A DNA stretch of 64,000 nucleotides from an uncultured delta proteobacterium (GCA_963845145.1 CAWJQU010000008.1:480001-544000); one strand, 5' to 3'. Positions 44,041 to 59,000 are shown, numbered from the stretch's first letter. Numbers and translations: made by a program. The notes: generated from the letters alone by a model not told the origin.

Positions 44041-46330
44041 ACACCAATTGGGCATCATTAACCTCAACCCCCATCGTTCTTAACCGGTCACGAATATCGT
44101 CGGCTGTCACAAAATCACCTTTAGCACGGGCTTGATCGCGTTCATGAATCAACGCTTGAAGCGCTTCGTTTTCGGTCGGATCGGCCATATCAAGAATATT
44201 CAGTACGCGATTGATGTTTTGAAATTGATTATAAATCTTGGCCGCTGTTTTCCGGTCCAGGCAGTGCGCCTGATCCAATTTATTAACCTGACGAACCGCT
44301 TTGAATATGACGGATAAAGCGCTGGAAATATTCAGGTCATCATCCATTGCCGATATAAATCCATGTTTTAAATCGTAGAGGAGTTGATCGATGTTTTCTT
44401 CTTGGTGGCCATTGTCAGTGCTTTTTAATCTGTGGACACAGCGGTTCAGCCGCGCCAGGGATCGCGCGGCATTTGCGAGGGTTTTTTCTGAAAAAACCAG
44501 CGGTTTCCGGTAGTGGCTGGAAAGCAACCAATATCGAATCACTTGTCCGGAAAAGCCTTTCTCAATCAAATCCGGCAGGGTGGGAGGCGGCTCATCGCCC
44601 ATGAGAACCTGTTCGCTGTGCAGCCAATAGTGGGCCAGTGGCTTTTTAGATAGTGCGCCAGCAATCGCTCTTTCGTTCTCATGATGGGGAAACACCAATT
44701 CACGCCCCCCGGTATGAATATCAAAACTCTCGCCCAGATGTTTCATGGCCATGGCCGCGCATTGCAGATGCAGTGACGGTCGCGTAATCCCCCATCGCGT
44801 TCGAACGCAAATTCCCCGCCGAAGCTCCGAAAGTTTGGCTCGTTTAAGCAATGTGAAATCTCTGGGATTATCTTTTTCGTATTCATCCAGGTCAACAGTG
44901 GCCCCGATCTTAATTTTATCAATATCCACCCCGGATAGACCACCGTAGGCTTCAAACCGCGAAATATTAAAATAGAGCGAGTGAAGTTTTTCATAGGCAA
45001 AACCGGCATCAGTCAACTTTTCGGCCAGCTGAACCATCTCGCCGAGATGCCTACTCGTTTTAGGATACCGATCCGCGGGCATGATGCCCAGGGCGTTGAG
45101 ATCCTGCTTGAATCGCTCAATATTTTTTTTCGTGAATACCCGAATGTCTTCCCCGGCCAACTGAGAGCCCTGAATGGTTTTATCATCCAGATCGGTGATA
45201 TTGGTAATGTGCCGCACCGCATACTTTTTCGACCGCAGGTAACGGCAGACAAGGTCAGCAAAAACATAACGCCGATATTGACCCACATGAAGCGGCACAT
45301 CCACGGTGGGCCCACAAGTGTACATGTGAACTTTGTCGGGAATCTGAGAAGTAAACGGTTCCTTGCGGCTGCTCAGGGTATTGAAAAGAGAGATTCCGGA
45401 GCGTTCCGGTGTCTGATACAACGGCGTACTGAGATACCGTTCGCCGTTATCCGGAAAAATAACAACGATCATCCCCTCTTCCAACGTTTCCGCCACATCA
45501 CAAGCCCCGGCCATTGCGGCGCCGGAACTCATCCCCACCAGAAGGCCCTCTTCGCTCGCCAAACGCCGGGCCATCTCAAAGGCCACTTCATCGTCGATGT
45601 TGATTTTTTGATCCAACCGTTTTTTTTCAAATATTTCAGGCTGATATGACTCCATCATGTTTTTCAGGCCTTGAATCTTATGGCCCAGATACGGTTCCAC
45701 GCCAACAATTTTGACTTCGGAATTAATCTCCTGTAAACCGGCGCTGAATTCCCATCAATGTTCCCGAGGTACCCAGGCCGCAGCCACGATCACGGAAACA
45801 CTTCCTTCGGTCTGTTCCCAGATCTCTTGGGCAGTGGCTTCGTAGTGAGCGCGCCAATTGGCGGAATTGTTAAACTGATCCGTCAAGAAAAATTTATTAG
45901 GGTTCTCCCTGGCCAGACGATAGACTTCCTCGATGGCGCCATCGGTCCCCAGATGGGCCGGCGTGAGGAGAATGTCTGCCCCTCTGGCCTTTAATATTGT
46001 TGGCGTTCCTTGCTCACCGCCTCGGACATGGTTAAAAGTAAACGATACCCCTTTACTGCGCATACCAACGCAAGACCGATACCGGTATTTCCGCTGGTTG
46101 CTTCGATAACCGTTTTATCCGGTGTCAGCGCACCCGAAGCCTCCCCTTCTTCAATCATATACAGGGCTGCGCGATCTTTCACGGACCCACTGGGATTAAA
46201 ATATTCGAGCTTGGCAAAAAGCTGAACCTTGGGGTTGGGGTTCATATGATTGATTGAGAACCAGCGGCGTATTGCCGATGGTTTCCAGAATAGCCGGACG
46301 GGGGTTTTTGTTATTAATTTCAACGATCAT
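44039..46330 (-). CDS. Fusion of PLP-dependent cysteine synthase (CysM/CysK-like) with a divergent cysteinyl-tRNA synthetase; indels only in the synthase part
   Basis: [44 protein letters not shown], then in frame [51 protein letters not shown]. Confidence 0.9.
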
Positions 46331-46359
46331 TTTCCTATCTTATTCGCTGCCCATGATGC

Positions 46360-47248
46360 TTAACCTGTTTTTGTGGCATTTAAATCCCAACTTTGCATGC
46401 GCTTTAGGGTATCATAATCAGTCGTATCGCATTTAACCGGAGTAATCGTAATATAGTCGTTGGCTTAAGAATACGGCGTCAACGTCCTGACCCGATAAGT
46501 CGAACCAGGATAAGTTGAATCAGGATAAGTCGAACCGGGATAAGCTGAATCGGGATACGTCGAACCGGATAGTCGACCGGCATCACGATTGACGTCCCCT
46601 TTTGTCTGCATATCACACCCTTGCCAGTAGTAGGATCGTTGCGGGGGTCCACCCTTTTCTCAAAATATTCTCCATTGAATTGTGTCCCATGCCACAGAAA
46701 CCGAACACCGGCTATTTGAGCTGCGGAGAAGGTCCGGCACATTTATATTGAGAAACGTACCCGATTTCAGTCCCCAGGACAAAATCTCACCATGGGTCAA
46801 AAACTCATCGGCCAGATGTTTAACAAAACGGGTGGCCTCTTCAAATAGTCCGGCATGCGACTGTTGATGGACACCGAAAGGCGCTGACGCCAAATAAGGC
46901 CGCCTCCCTTGCAGCCGCCACAGTGCCGGAGTAGTTCAGGTTCACGCCGACGTTGGCACCCGGATTGATCCCAGAGATAACCAGGCGGGGAATTGGCTTA
47001 CATATTTCCAGCATCCCCAGCTTAACGCAATCGGCCGGCGTCCCGGTAACCGCGATCCCATCACGACCGTCTGGTAGCGTTACCATCCTTTTTCTAATGG
47101 GCAAATGCAAAGTGATGGCGTGACCGATGGCACTGCGCTCACGGTCCGGAGCCACGACACCGACCTCGTAGTGCCCGGCAACGCAGCCTGCAGATGCCCA
47201 TAATCCGTCAGCATAAATGCCGTCATCATTGGTTAATAAGATATCCAT
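46360..47248 (-). CDS. surE: 5'/3'-nucleotidase SurE (split by indels, internal repeat)
   Basis: ILLTNDDG, GTPADCV, SGINPGAN, YSGTVAAA, NINVP, DPR..YYWQG, C-terminal YITITPVKCDTTDY. Confidence 0.92.
46493..46580. repeat. 15-bp tandem repeat inside surE (5 full copies and 1 degenerate copy)
   Basis: Consensus GGATAAGYYGAAYCR; the minus strand reads GSTYP-DSAYP-GSTYP-DSTYP-GSTY. Confidence 0.9.
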
Positions 47249-47409
47249 CTCTATTTCATTAATGAACTTAAAACCTCTTCGGTTCCATCGATATAATTTA
47301 GTATACGCGCCATTTACAACAAAACCTTGACTTTTTCAACGAGGTCGGATTTATAGCAGACCAACACCGGACTAAAAATAACCGACCACATCACCATCAT
47401 TAGACGTCA

Positions 47410-49801
47410 ATGAGGCGTATTTCGCAAAGCTTACGTTTAAAACAAATTTCACATCAGAAGATAGCCCTTTTTTACCATTGGATTATCCGTCAAGCCGTAA
47501 AAATTCACCGGGGACCGATTTTAGTGTCGGTGGGGGTATTATTGATACTGACGTTTGTCTATCCCAGCCTGGCGGAGAGCGCATTGGACCTCAATTTAAA
47601 AACCGACCCCAATGCACCCTGGCGAATCCGGGCCGATACAAATTCAATTATGATAAAACCACCCACACCTATACCGCCGAAGGGAATGTTATCCTTAAGC
47701 AGAATAAGCGTAAAATCACCGCTGACAAAATTCTTTACAACACCGACACCATGAAAGCCCTATGCCACGGGCCATGTGGTGTTAAGGTCCGGAAATGACA
47801 TCCTTCGCGGCCAGCGGCTCGAAATGGACCTAAAGCGATAAAACCGGCACTATACATGGCGCCAATGCCTTTTTCAAAGCCCGCCATTTTCACATCGTCG
47901 GTGAGAAATCAAAAAAACCGGGGACAATACTTATGCCGCCGATCGGGCGAGCATTACCAGCTTGTGACGGTGATTCCCCGGACTGGGCATTACCGGCAAA
48001 GATATCAACCTATCCCTGGAAGGATATGCAACGGCGTGGCACACGGCGTTGTGGTTTAAACGCGTGCCGGTCTTGTACAGCCCTTTTTTTATCGTTCCCA
48101 TTAAAAAGAGCGCCAGTCCGGATTATTAAGGCCGGAGGTCATCAGCTCGCAGTAACCGAAAGGGATTTGGCTACACACAGCCCCTTTTCTGGGCGATCAG
48201 CCCAAGTACGGACGCGACCATCTATTGGGATTATTTGGAAAAACGCGGACACAAATGGGGTGCCGAATTTCGATACATCCTCGATCCCGTTCTAAGGGAA
48301 CCGTCATGTTCGACTATCTCACCGACCACGAAGATCGACGACGGCACCGGGAATAACAGTGAGAACTGGGGATTCACCGATGATAATTATTTACGAACCA
48401 ACCGGGATCGATACTGGTTTCGTATGAAGCATGATCAGGGAGACCTGCCGCTGGGATTGACCGCACGGATCGACTTGGATATTGTCAGCGATCAGGATTA
48501 CCTGCGTGAGTTTAGAGACGGCTTTACCGGTTTTAATGCCAGTGACAGACTATTTTATTAGAAACTTCGGTAGCGATTTGGATGATTACGATGAACACAT
48601 TCGGAGAAACATTGTCAACCTTACCCGCAACTGGTCAAAATACCGGTTCAACACTGGGGCAACCTGGTTTGACAATGTCATCCAAAGACGTCACAACTAA
48701 GGACCCAACAGACCAACGATTACCCTGGCTCACTTTTTCCGGTTCCAAGCAGACAAATATTCCAGACCCCGCTTTTTTACACGTTAAATTCTGAGTATAT
48801 CACTTTTATCGTCAGGATGGTGATGAAACCCACAACATTACCGAGCATGCACCATACCGAACTCAATCCTCGCTTTTTCGTCCCTTTACGCGCCGGGAAT
48901 TTTTTCACCATTGAACCATCCGCCGGTCTTCGGTATAATTATTGGCATATCAACGCGTTAGAAAACGACGATCCTGATCAGAAAACAGGTGTCGATCGTA
49001 ACATCTATGATATCGGCACCAAATTGGCTTCCGAAATATATCGAATTTACCAGATCGGTGGCCGCCGGTTCGATAAAATCAAACATTCGATTCGGCCTCA
49101 AGTCACCTATACTTTTATCCCGGAAGTGGACCAGGATGATATTCCCAATTTTTCCAATATCGAGCCGATTGACAAGAAAAATGTCGTCACATACACGCTC
49201 ACCAGTACGTTTACTTCTAAATTGAGACCATTGGCTACCGGTTTTCTCAAAGCGACCTGAAACCCAAACGATATGACTATCGTGAATTTCTTAGATTTTT
49301 CCTGGAACAGAGCTATGATTTCGATGAGGCCAAAAACAGTGAGATCGAAGATCCCGAACCGCTTTCGCCTCTGTTCGGAGAGATCCGGTTTGACCCCACA
49401 CCCAATATTTGGGGCCGGGCGGATATGCGATGGGATTTTGAGGAGCACCGTTCTATTGAAAACAATCTGGAGGCCATTCTTCGTGATAATAGTGGTGACC
49501 GCTTGCACGCCAGATACATGCCGAATCGAAGAAGATGAAAGGGAAAATATGAATCTTCTTCTTACGTTTGGCGATAACAAGCCGATTCTCTACCTATGCT
49601 CAATACGAACAGGACCTGCTTGAAAAGCGAGATGTTAAACGGGGCCTGGGATGGCAATATCGTGCCGACTGCTGGACATTTTCTTTTGATTACATTGAAG
49701 AGAATGAAGATCAACGGTACGCATTTGCCATTTTCCTCCACGGCCTCGGTGGTTTCCGGCAGCGCCTAAGCGGCAATCTCGACATGATAATTAAGCCATG
49801 A
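47410..49801 (+). CDS. lptD: LPS assembly protein LptD (heavily fragmented)
   Basis: PWRIRAD, YTAEGNVIL, CDGDSPDW, PFFWAI, DIVSDQDYLREF, IKHSIRPQVTYTFIP, YRADCW, LHGLG. Confidence 0.8.
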
Positions 49802-50315
49802 ATAAACCGCCTTAACCCCGGCCTGGTATGTCTTGCACACCCGCAGCCGTTTTGAAAACACCACCTACGAGATCCTCGCTAAAAAAACGTTCGATGTGTT
49901 GCTGCCTAGAATCCTGGTACAAAGTAAACGACGGGACAGGCGGGTCATGCTACGAATGCCGATGTTTCCAGGGTATTTGTTTGTCAAAACGGACCTGAAT
50001 CCCACCCATCACCTTGAGATTTTAAAATCGGTCGGTGCCGTCCGTTTGATCGGCAATCGCGAGGGGCCATTACCGGTGCCCCATGAAACGATCGATTCAT
50101 TAAAGATCATATCGACCGCCGAACAACAGGTCACCACCGGTACACAGTTTAAAAAAGGTGAAAGGGTTGTGGTCCTGCGAGGGCCTTTTACCGGTGTTGT
50201 TGGGATTTTTTCGCACTACCGGGGAAAAGACCGCATCATTGTTCATATTGACGCTTTGGGTCAATTTGCCGCCGTGGAGGTCGATGTAACCGATATCGAG
50301 GCTTTTGACCAATAG
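49798..50315 (+). CDS. NusG paralog, UpxY/RfaH-type antiterminator
   Basis: WYVLHTRSRFE, PMFPGYLFV, KOW motif GERVVVLRGPFTG. Confidence 0.88.
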
Positions 50316-50520
50316 CCTTGGTGCCTTGGTAATAAAAGAGTATCACTGGGTAGATCGGCCATCGAATGATGCGACGTGCTTTTGTCCACGCGAATAAACC
50401 GGGTTAATATCGCACGAAACGGATTGGGGCTTTTTATAGTAAAATCAATTAAGGTCTTGACTTTTTATAAGATTCTTTTTAAAAAAACTAGATTTTGCAT
50501 ATAAATCTCAAGGAGGGCAA

Positions 50521-50796
50521 ATGAATAAATTGGAGTTGATATCACAACTCAAAAACGATGCGAATATATCCAGGATGGAAGCATCCAAGATTGTCCAGAT
50601 ATTTTTCGATGACATGACCGAAACGCTGGCCCGTGGGGATCGCGTTGAAATTCGCGGATTGTGCAGTTTTTATGTAAAAAATTATAAAAGCTACATGGGA
50701 CGCAATCCCAAAACAGGGGATAAAGTCAAAATCAGACCGAAAAAATTACCGTTCTTTAAACCGGGCAAGGAATTAAAGGAACGGGTCGATTTTTAA
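50521..50796 (+). CDS. ihfB: Integration host factor / HU-family DNA-binding protein
   Basis: MNKLELI, RVEIRGLCSF, GRNPKTG, PFFKPGKELKERV; AGGAGG RBS; upstream TTGACT-17-TAAAAA at 50457-50485. Confidence 0.85.
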   Translation: MNKLELISQLKNDANISRMEASKIVQIFFDDMTETLARGDRVEIRGLCSFYVKNYKSYMGRNPKTGDKVKIRPKKLPFFKPGKELKERVDF

Positions 50797-50800
50797 CCGT

Positions 50801-51877
50801 GTGCACGGGATTCAATCAGCTATAGAATCGAATCGCCCGGCCCGCCAGCTTCTGAGGCGGATTCGCAACCGGAAAGTCCCCCAGGCGTTGATATTTTCAG
50901 GTATCGACGGGATTGGCAGATATCAGGTAGCGCTTCGTTTCGCCATGACCCTCAATTGCTCGAAATCGGCGACAATGACAACCCAGATAATGGGTCCGGA
51001 CCTGAGTCATTCTACCAATGAATCCATTTTTCCGGCATGTGGTACCTGCGCGTCTTGTAAAAAGATCCACGCCGGGCAACATCCCGATGTCATAATAATC
51101 AAACCCGCCGGTCGTGCCATTAAGATCGAACAGATTCGGTCTCTTCGACAAACTCTGAGTCTCAAGCCTTACGAAGCATCTCGACGCGTGGCCATCATTG
51201 TCGCCGCGCCGTTAATGACATTGCCGGCATCAAACGCATTGTTGAAAATGCTGGAAGAACCGCCCGAACAGACCACCCTGATTCTGATCGCAAATAAGCC
51301 TTCAGATTTAATCGCGACGATCGTATCCCGATGCCAGGACATTCGGTTTGCTCCGGCGGCTGACACAAGTATATCAAAAGCCTTGATGGACGAAAAGGAA
51401 ACAGGTGTCACCCAGGCCGGGATCGCCGCATCCTTGTCCCAGGGGAGCATGGAAATCGCCCAAGGAATGCTTTCGCACCAATGGCAGCGACAAAGGGATT
51501 GGATACTGCATGAAATTATAGCTTTGGGCCGACAAACAGATGTCGACAACGGACATTCATCACGACGATCCTTGGCATTGGCGGAACTTTTAGCAGCTGA
51601 CCGAGCATTGCTCGATCGTGTGCTTATCATGATAAAATCGTGGTTCCGGGACTTGGCCATATGGCCGTACATGCCGGAAAAAATCATTCATCAAGATTTG
51701 ACCAACCTGATTGACGAACTGGCGTCCATCGTTGAGCCCGATTTTTTTATGACTGGGTTCGCCGAAACGGAACGTATTGAAAAAGAAACTCAGACTAATG
51801 CCAACTTGCGACTGGCCTTGGAAACATACTTCACCGGGTTGGCTGAAAAACTGGCCTTCGCGGGGGGATCAGGATAA
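50801..51877 (+). CDS. holB: DNA polymerase III subunit delta'
   Basis: Degenerate Walker A GIDGIGR, C..CGTCASC Zn motif, HPD, NALLKMLEEP, TIVSRC. Confidence 0.92.
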   Translation: MHGIQSAIESNRPARQLLRRIRNRKVPQALIFSGIDGIGRYQVALRFAMTLNCSKSATMTTQIMGPDLSHSTNESIFPACGTCASCKKIHAGQHPDVIIIKPAGRAIKIEQIRSLRQTLSLKPYEASRRVAIIVAAPLMTLPASNALLKMLEEPPEQTTLILIANKPSDLIATIVSRCQDIRFAPAADTSISKALMDEKETGVTQAGIAASLSQGSMEIAQGMLSHQWQRQRDWILHEIIALGRQTDVDNGHSSRRSLALAELLAADRALLDRVLIMIKSWFRDLAIWPYMPEKIIHQDLTNLIDELASIVEPDFFMTGFAETERIEKETQTNANLRLALETYFTGLAEKLAFAGGSG

Positions 51878-51886
51878 AAAATACAA

Positions 51887-52645
51887 ATGGGAAAAATTGT
51901 CGGAATACGATTCAACCCTACCGGTAAAATCTATGATTTTGACGCGGGTGCCTTTGTATTGAATAAGGATGACCATGTCATTGTGGAAACCAGACAGGGG
52001 CTCGGGTACGGTATTGTTGCCATAGCGCCCATTGAACGCGAAAATGGGAAAGAGAGGCATCCGTTAAAAAAAGTATACCGGTTGGCAAGCCCGAAAGATA
52101 AAGAAAAATTGCTGCAAAACCTTACGTCTGAGAAATCGGCCCAAGCTTATTGTCAGCAATGTATTGATAACCTTGGGCTGAAAATGAACCTGTTTGCGGT
52201 GGAAACGACTTTTGATGGCCGCAAAACAACCTTTTTTTTCACGGCCGAAGGCCGGGTTGATTTTCGACAATTGGTCAAGATGCTCGTGAAAAAGCTTAGT
52301 GTCCGCGTGGAAATGCGTCAGGTCGGTATTCGCAATCAGGCCAAGATGATCGGCGGCCTGGGACGCTGCGGACGGGAAGTCTGCTGCAGCACATTTATTC
52401 AAAAATTTGATCCGGTTTCCATTCGTATGGCAAAAAATCAAGGGCCTGTCATTAAATCCGACCAAAATATCCGGCCTTTGCGGTCGGCTCATGTGTTGCC
52501 TGACATTATGAGAACACGGATTACGCGAAGCATCGCAAAAGGTCGGGCCGGGTCACTCCCGAATCGAAAACGACGCCCCTGCCAACCGTTATACCGGCTA
52601 AACCAAAATGCAAAAGAAATTAACCCGAAAATACCCCAAAACTAG
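51887..52645 (+). CDS. PSP1/RicT (YaaT) family protein (indels near 3' end)
   Basis: FTAEGRVDFRQLV, GRCGREVCCS, alternate-frame LNPTKISGLCGRLMCCL; holB-PSP1-metG synteny. Confidence 0.88.
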   Translation: MGKIVGIRFNPTGKIYDFDAGAFVLNKDDHVIVETRQGLGYGIVAIAPIERENGKERHPLKKVYRLASPKDKEKLLQNLTSEKSAQAYCQQCIDNLGLKMNLFAVETTFDGRKTTFFFTAEGRVDFRQLVKMLVKKLSVRVEMRQVGIRNQAKMIGGLGRCGREVCCSTFIQKFDPVSIRMAKNQGPVIKSDQNIRPLRSAHVLPDIMRTRITRSIAKGRAGSLPNRKRRPCQPLYRLNQNAKEINPKIPQN

Positions 52646-52686
52646 CTAAAAAAATATCATAACCATAAAGAAAAGAATGACGGCTG

Positions 52687-54643
<1,957 letters not shown>

Positions 54644-54674
54644 AAATAAAACCGAAACCACTATATTAAATCAA

Positions 54675-56088
54675 ATGAGACGAAAATTCCGGCTTGGGTC
54701 TACGCGTTCGGATATACAGACGGACTGGCGTGCCTATCAAAAGACGTTGAAACGAAACACAAAAAGGCACCGTTTGCGACGGCACCTGCCGTTGTGGGGC
54801 CGGCTATCCCTTATTGTTATTGCTATCATTTTTGCCGGCTACGCAGCATTCGCCATTTTCCTGCCTTCGGGAACCCTATCGGCTCGACACATCGATCAAA
54901 AAGAAACAAAACCAGGAACCATCTCCCAAGACCCATTGAAATCTTTTAGTAAACAGGTGCTTAGAAAAATCCTGGCCGATATCGATCCCAAAAATCTGCA
55001 GCAGGAGGCCTTCACGTTTGTAAAAAGTGGCAAGCAGTATTCGGTAAAGACATCCATCGATCTTAATTTGCAGCAATCGCTTAACGATCAATTGCGTCTT
55101 GAACATGCCCGCTATTTGAGCATCGTCGCCTTAAACCCGGAGACCGGCCAAATATTATCCATGATCAGCCACGACCGATCGAATCCAGGTCAGAATACCT
55201 GTTTGGACAACCGGTTTCCCGCCGCAAGCATCTTTAAAATCGTTACCGCTTCGGCGGCCATTGAAACTTTCGACCTTAAACCCCATTCGACCATGGTATT
55301 TAACGGGCGAAGGCACACATTGTATAAAAGCCAGCTAAAAGGATCAACAGAACAAATGGACACGACGCATACCGTTTAAAGATGCGTTTGCCCTCTCAAT
55401 TAATCCCGTCTTCGGCAAGCTCGGTGCCAATCGTCTGAAAAAGGAAAAGCTGCTCTCCTACGCCCAGGCTTTTGGGTTCAATCACGATTTCGATTTGGAT
55501 CTTCCCATGGTACCCAGCCGATTTTCAGTCACCGATGTGCCTTACCAATGGGCTGAAATGGCCAGCGGGTTCAATCAGGACACCACCATGTCACCGCTAC
55601 ACGGTGCGATGATTGCCGCCGCAGTGGTCAACGGTGGGCGATTGATAGAACCAACCCTAATCGAATACAATTACCGATGAAAACGGGTGAGACTATTTAT
55701 CGCGGCCGGTCGCACCGTTAAAAAAGGCCATGGATAGCCGTACAGCCAACATGATCTTAAAAATGATGGGGCAACCGTTAAAGAAGGCACCGCCAAAAAG
55801 GCATTCAGAGGATATCGCAAAGATCGCGTTCTTTCCAAAGCTGAGATCTCGGAGGTAAAACGGGAAGTATCAACAACGATCCCCGCTACGACTGGTATGT
55901 GGGCTTTGCCACGGATAAAACCAACAAGCCAAAGTCTGGTGGTATCCGTTATGGTGGCCCACGAAAAATTTATTGGGATTAAGTCCGGCCAATACGCCCG
56001 AATGGCCATAAAAGCGTATTTCAAAGACTATTTTGCCGGGCAAGCGGCATCGCCGATATCCGCGGTTGATAACACCTCAAATGGATGA
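54675..56088 (+). CDS. Penicillin-binding transpeptidase-domain protein (split by indels)
   Basis: TM anchor, AASIFK (SxxK), SIN (SxN), GGKTGS (KTG). Confidence 0.82.
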
Positions 56089-56095
56089 ACACGCC

Positions 56096-59000
56096 ATGAT
56101 TCAATTTTTGCACCGATGCCGGCAGCCAGGTAAAACCCTCGACGCCATGGTTTCGACGACTGATCCTTTTTTTAAGGGGCGGTAGTCTACATCGGACGTT
56201 CGGTGGCTTCCGTGCCCCCCGGAGCCCTTATCTTTTTCCCGTTGTATCCGAACCAGTTGAGCTGTGGACTGACATGCCTGGTGGCGATCAAACCCGACCC
56301 ATCGGTTGTTGTGCAGGTGGATGTCGATTCTTTAGATCGCACCCTAAAACATATGGAAAGCCGGCCATTGTCCGGATTTTCACCCGAAGATAAATCGATT
56401 CCGCACCACCATCTGGATGGTCCGGACACCGTATGCGGTTTATTGGACCAAGTCCGTACCCTTCGGCAGACGCGTTATCTTTCAATAAATTTTTGAAAAC
56501 CCGCAAATGCAAACCGACGCTCGAAGCCCTCTCCCGACCGTCTGATGACCCTGATTAAAGCCGAAAGACAAACATTGGATGATTTGCGGGATCGACTGAT
56601 ACCGGCACACGATAAGGCGCTGGTTTCTAAAAACATACAACAACTCAAAGATATCCATTGGACACTTACCAAGGAGCTGAGTGAGAATATTCGTTTGGTA
56701 AAAGAGTTGGCGGGCCCCGATGGCCCATCGATTCAAGGGCCAATCGGTGGTCATCTTAAAGCAGATAAACGCTGTGTTAAACAGCCTCGACCGGCTCGAG
56801 GTTAGGGGTCGGGACTCCGCCGGTCTTTCGGCTATGTTTCACCTGAGCCGCTCCGACTTTGAACAATTTGAACAGGCCATTGCCCGAAAAAAAATATCCC
56901 AGCGCCTTAGCACCCGATCTAAACCCGATATCCTGGCCAATGATAGTATTCGTATTCGCCATGCCAACGATTCGGCGGGGGCATCATTCACCACGGTGAC
57001 ATTGACATACAAAATTGCCGCTGAAATCGGCAGCCTGGGTGATAATGGTCGCTTTTTGCGCGCCCAGATTCAAAAGGATCGGATTTTTCAACAAATGCTG
57101 TTGCCCATCCACATCGTCATCATACGGTTTGCGCCCATACCCGCTGGGCGTCCGTGGGCGCTATTACCGAACCCAACTGCCATCCCGTAGACAGTGTTAC
57201 GAACCAAGAGGACAGAATGAACCGTCATAGGCATCATTCATGTTTGTCTAAATGGTGACATAGATAATCATCTCTCTTTGCAGCAGGCCTTTGAAAACGG
57301 TGGCGGGCCGTATCCATCCTGAAATCACGACCGATACGAAAATGATCCCCATAACCATCGAAAAACACCTCCGAAACGGACACGATATCACCGAGGCGTT
57401 CCGTCTGGCTGTGAACGAATTTGAAGGGTCGCACGCAATCAGCATGCACACCGACCTCGCCCCCGGTAAGATCTTTTTTGCCCAGAAAGGGAGTGGTCAG
57501 GCGATCTTTATCGGATGTCCGAGAATCAATATATGCCGGTATCGGAGGTATACGGCTTTGTTGAAGAGACGGATGCCTATCTCAAACTGGACGGTGAAGC
57601 GGTCGTGGATGGGAAAAATGGGACCGACCCAAGGCCAGATTTTTGTTCTTGACCCGACCAACGGCGGTGGTCTTGCCGGCATAACGGCCGCTTATTATGA
57701 CGGTACCACGATCAATCTTACCAAAAAAGATGTCAAAGTGAGCGAAATTACCTCAAGGGACATTGATCGCCAGGATTTCGCCCACTATTTTTTAAAGGAG
57801 ATCAATGAAGCCCCCCGCTCGGTGGAACAAACCCTTCAGGCCCGCTGGACAACTGATCCGGATCACAATGATCGCTATATTATCGCACTGGATGAAAAAG
57901 CATTTCCGCAAACGATCCGTGAACGCTTTTATCCAGAATAAAATCAACCGCATCTATTTTATCGGTCAAGGAACAGCCGGCGTTGCCGCCCAGGCTTGTG
58001 CGGATGTTGCCGGCTACTACATAAATAATCCCAATCTGTATATTCGTGCGTTGAAGGCATCGGAATTAAGTGGATTCACCATTGATGAAAAAGATGATGC
58101 GCACACCATGGAAAATACACTCGTGGTGGCCATCAGCCAGTCCGGTACGACGGCTGATACCAACCGCACGGTCGATATGATCAAAACGCGCGGCGCCCAT
58201 ACGCTGGCCATTGTCAATCGTCGGGATTCGGATCTCACTTTTAAAGTGGACGGCGTGATCTATACCAGTAGCGGGCGGGATATCGAGATGTCGGTGGCCT
58301 CCACCAAAGCTTTCTATGCCCAGATCGTGGCAGGGGCCATTATTGGCCTACACCTTGCCGGCCTGACAAAAAGGCGCGATGCCGCATTTATCTCGCAGTG
58401 TATCGATGAACTCAACGCCCTGCCGGCGAAGATGCGACACGTTCTTTCCACCAGTGACAAAATCGGCGCCTCGGCCAAAACATTGGCCACTCAAAAAACC
58501 TATTGGGCCACCGTCGGCAGTGGCCCGAACAAGGCCTCCGCTGACGAGATTCGCATAAAGTTGAGTGAGTTGTGTTATAAAACCATCTCTTCGGACTATG
58601 TGGAGGACAAAAAGCACATCGATCTCTCCGCCGAGCCGCTTATCATTGTTTGTGCCGCCGGTGCACGGCCTTCCGTGACAGGCGACCTGGTCAAGGATAC
58701 CGCCATCTTCCAGGCGCATAAAGCCACGCCCGTGGTCATCACCGACGAAGGTGAAGACCGGTTCGACCCTTATGCGTACCATGTAATTTCCGTTCCCAGG
58801 GTCAGCGAACACCTGGCCCCCATATTAAATACTTTGGCCGGCCACATCTGGGGCTACCACGCCGCCCTGGCCATTCATGCCGGCTCCCGGTTTTTTTATG
58901 ATTTTCGCGAAGAACTGAGCCAGGATTTTCGAACGTTTTCCGCAAAGGAATTGGACCTGTACGATATCCTTCTGGAAACAAGCTTTCGGGAAAAAATTGC

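Noticed and set aside
46493..46580. Possible CRISPR array
   Set aside because: 15-bp units are directly adjacent with no spacers, lie inside surE, and no cas genes are present.
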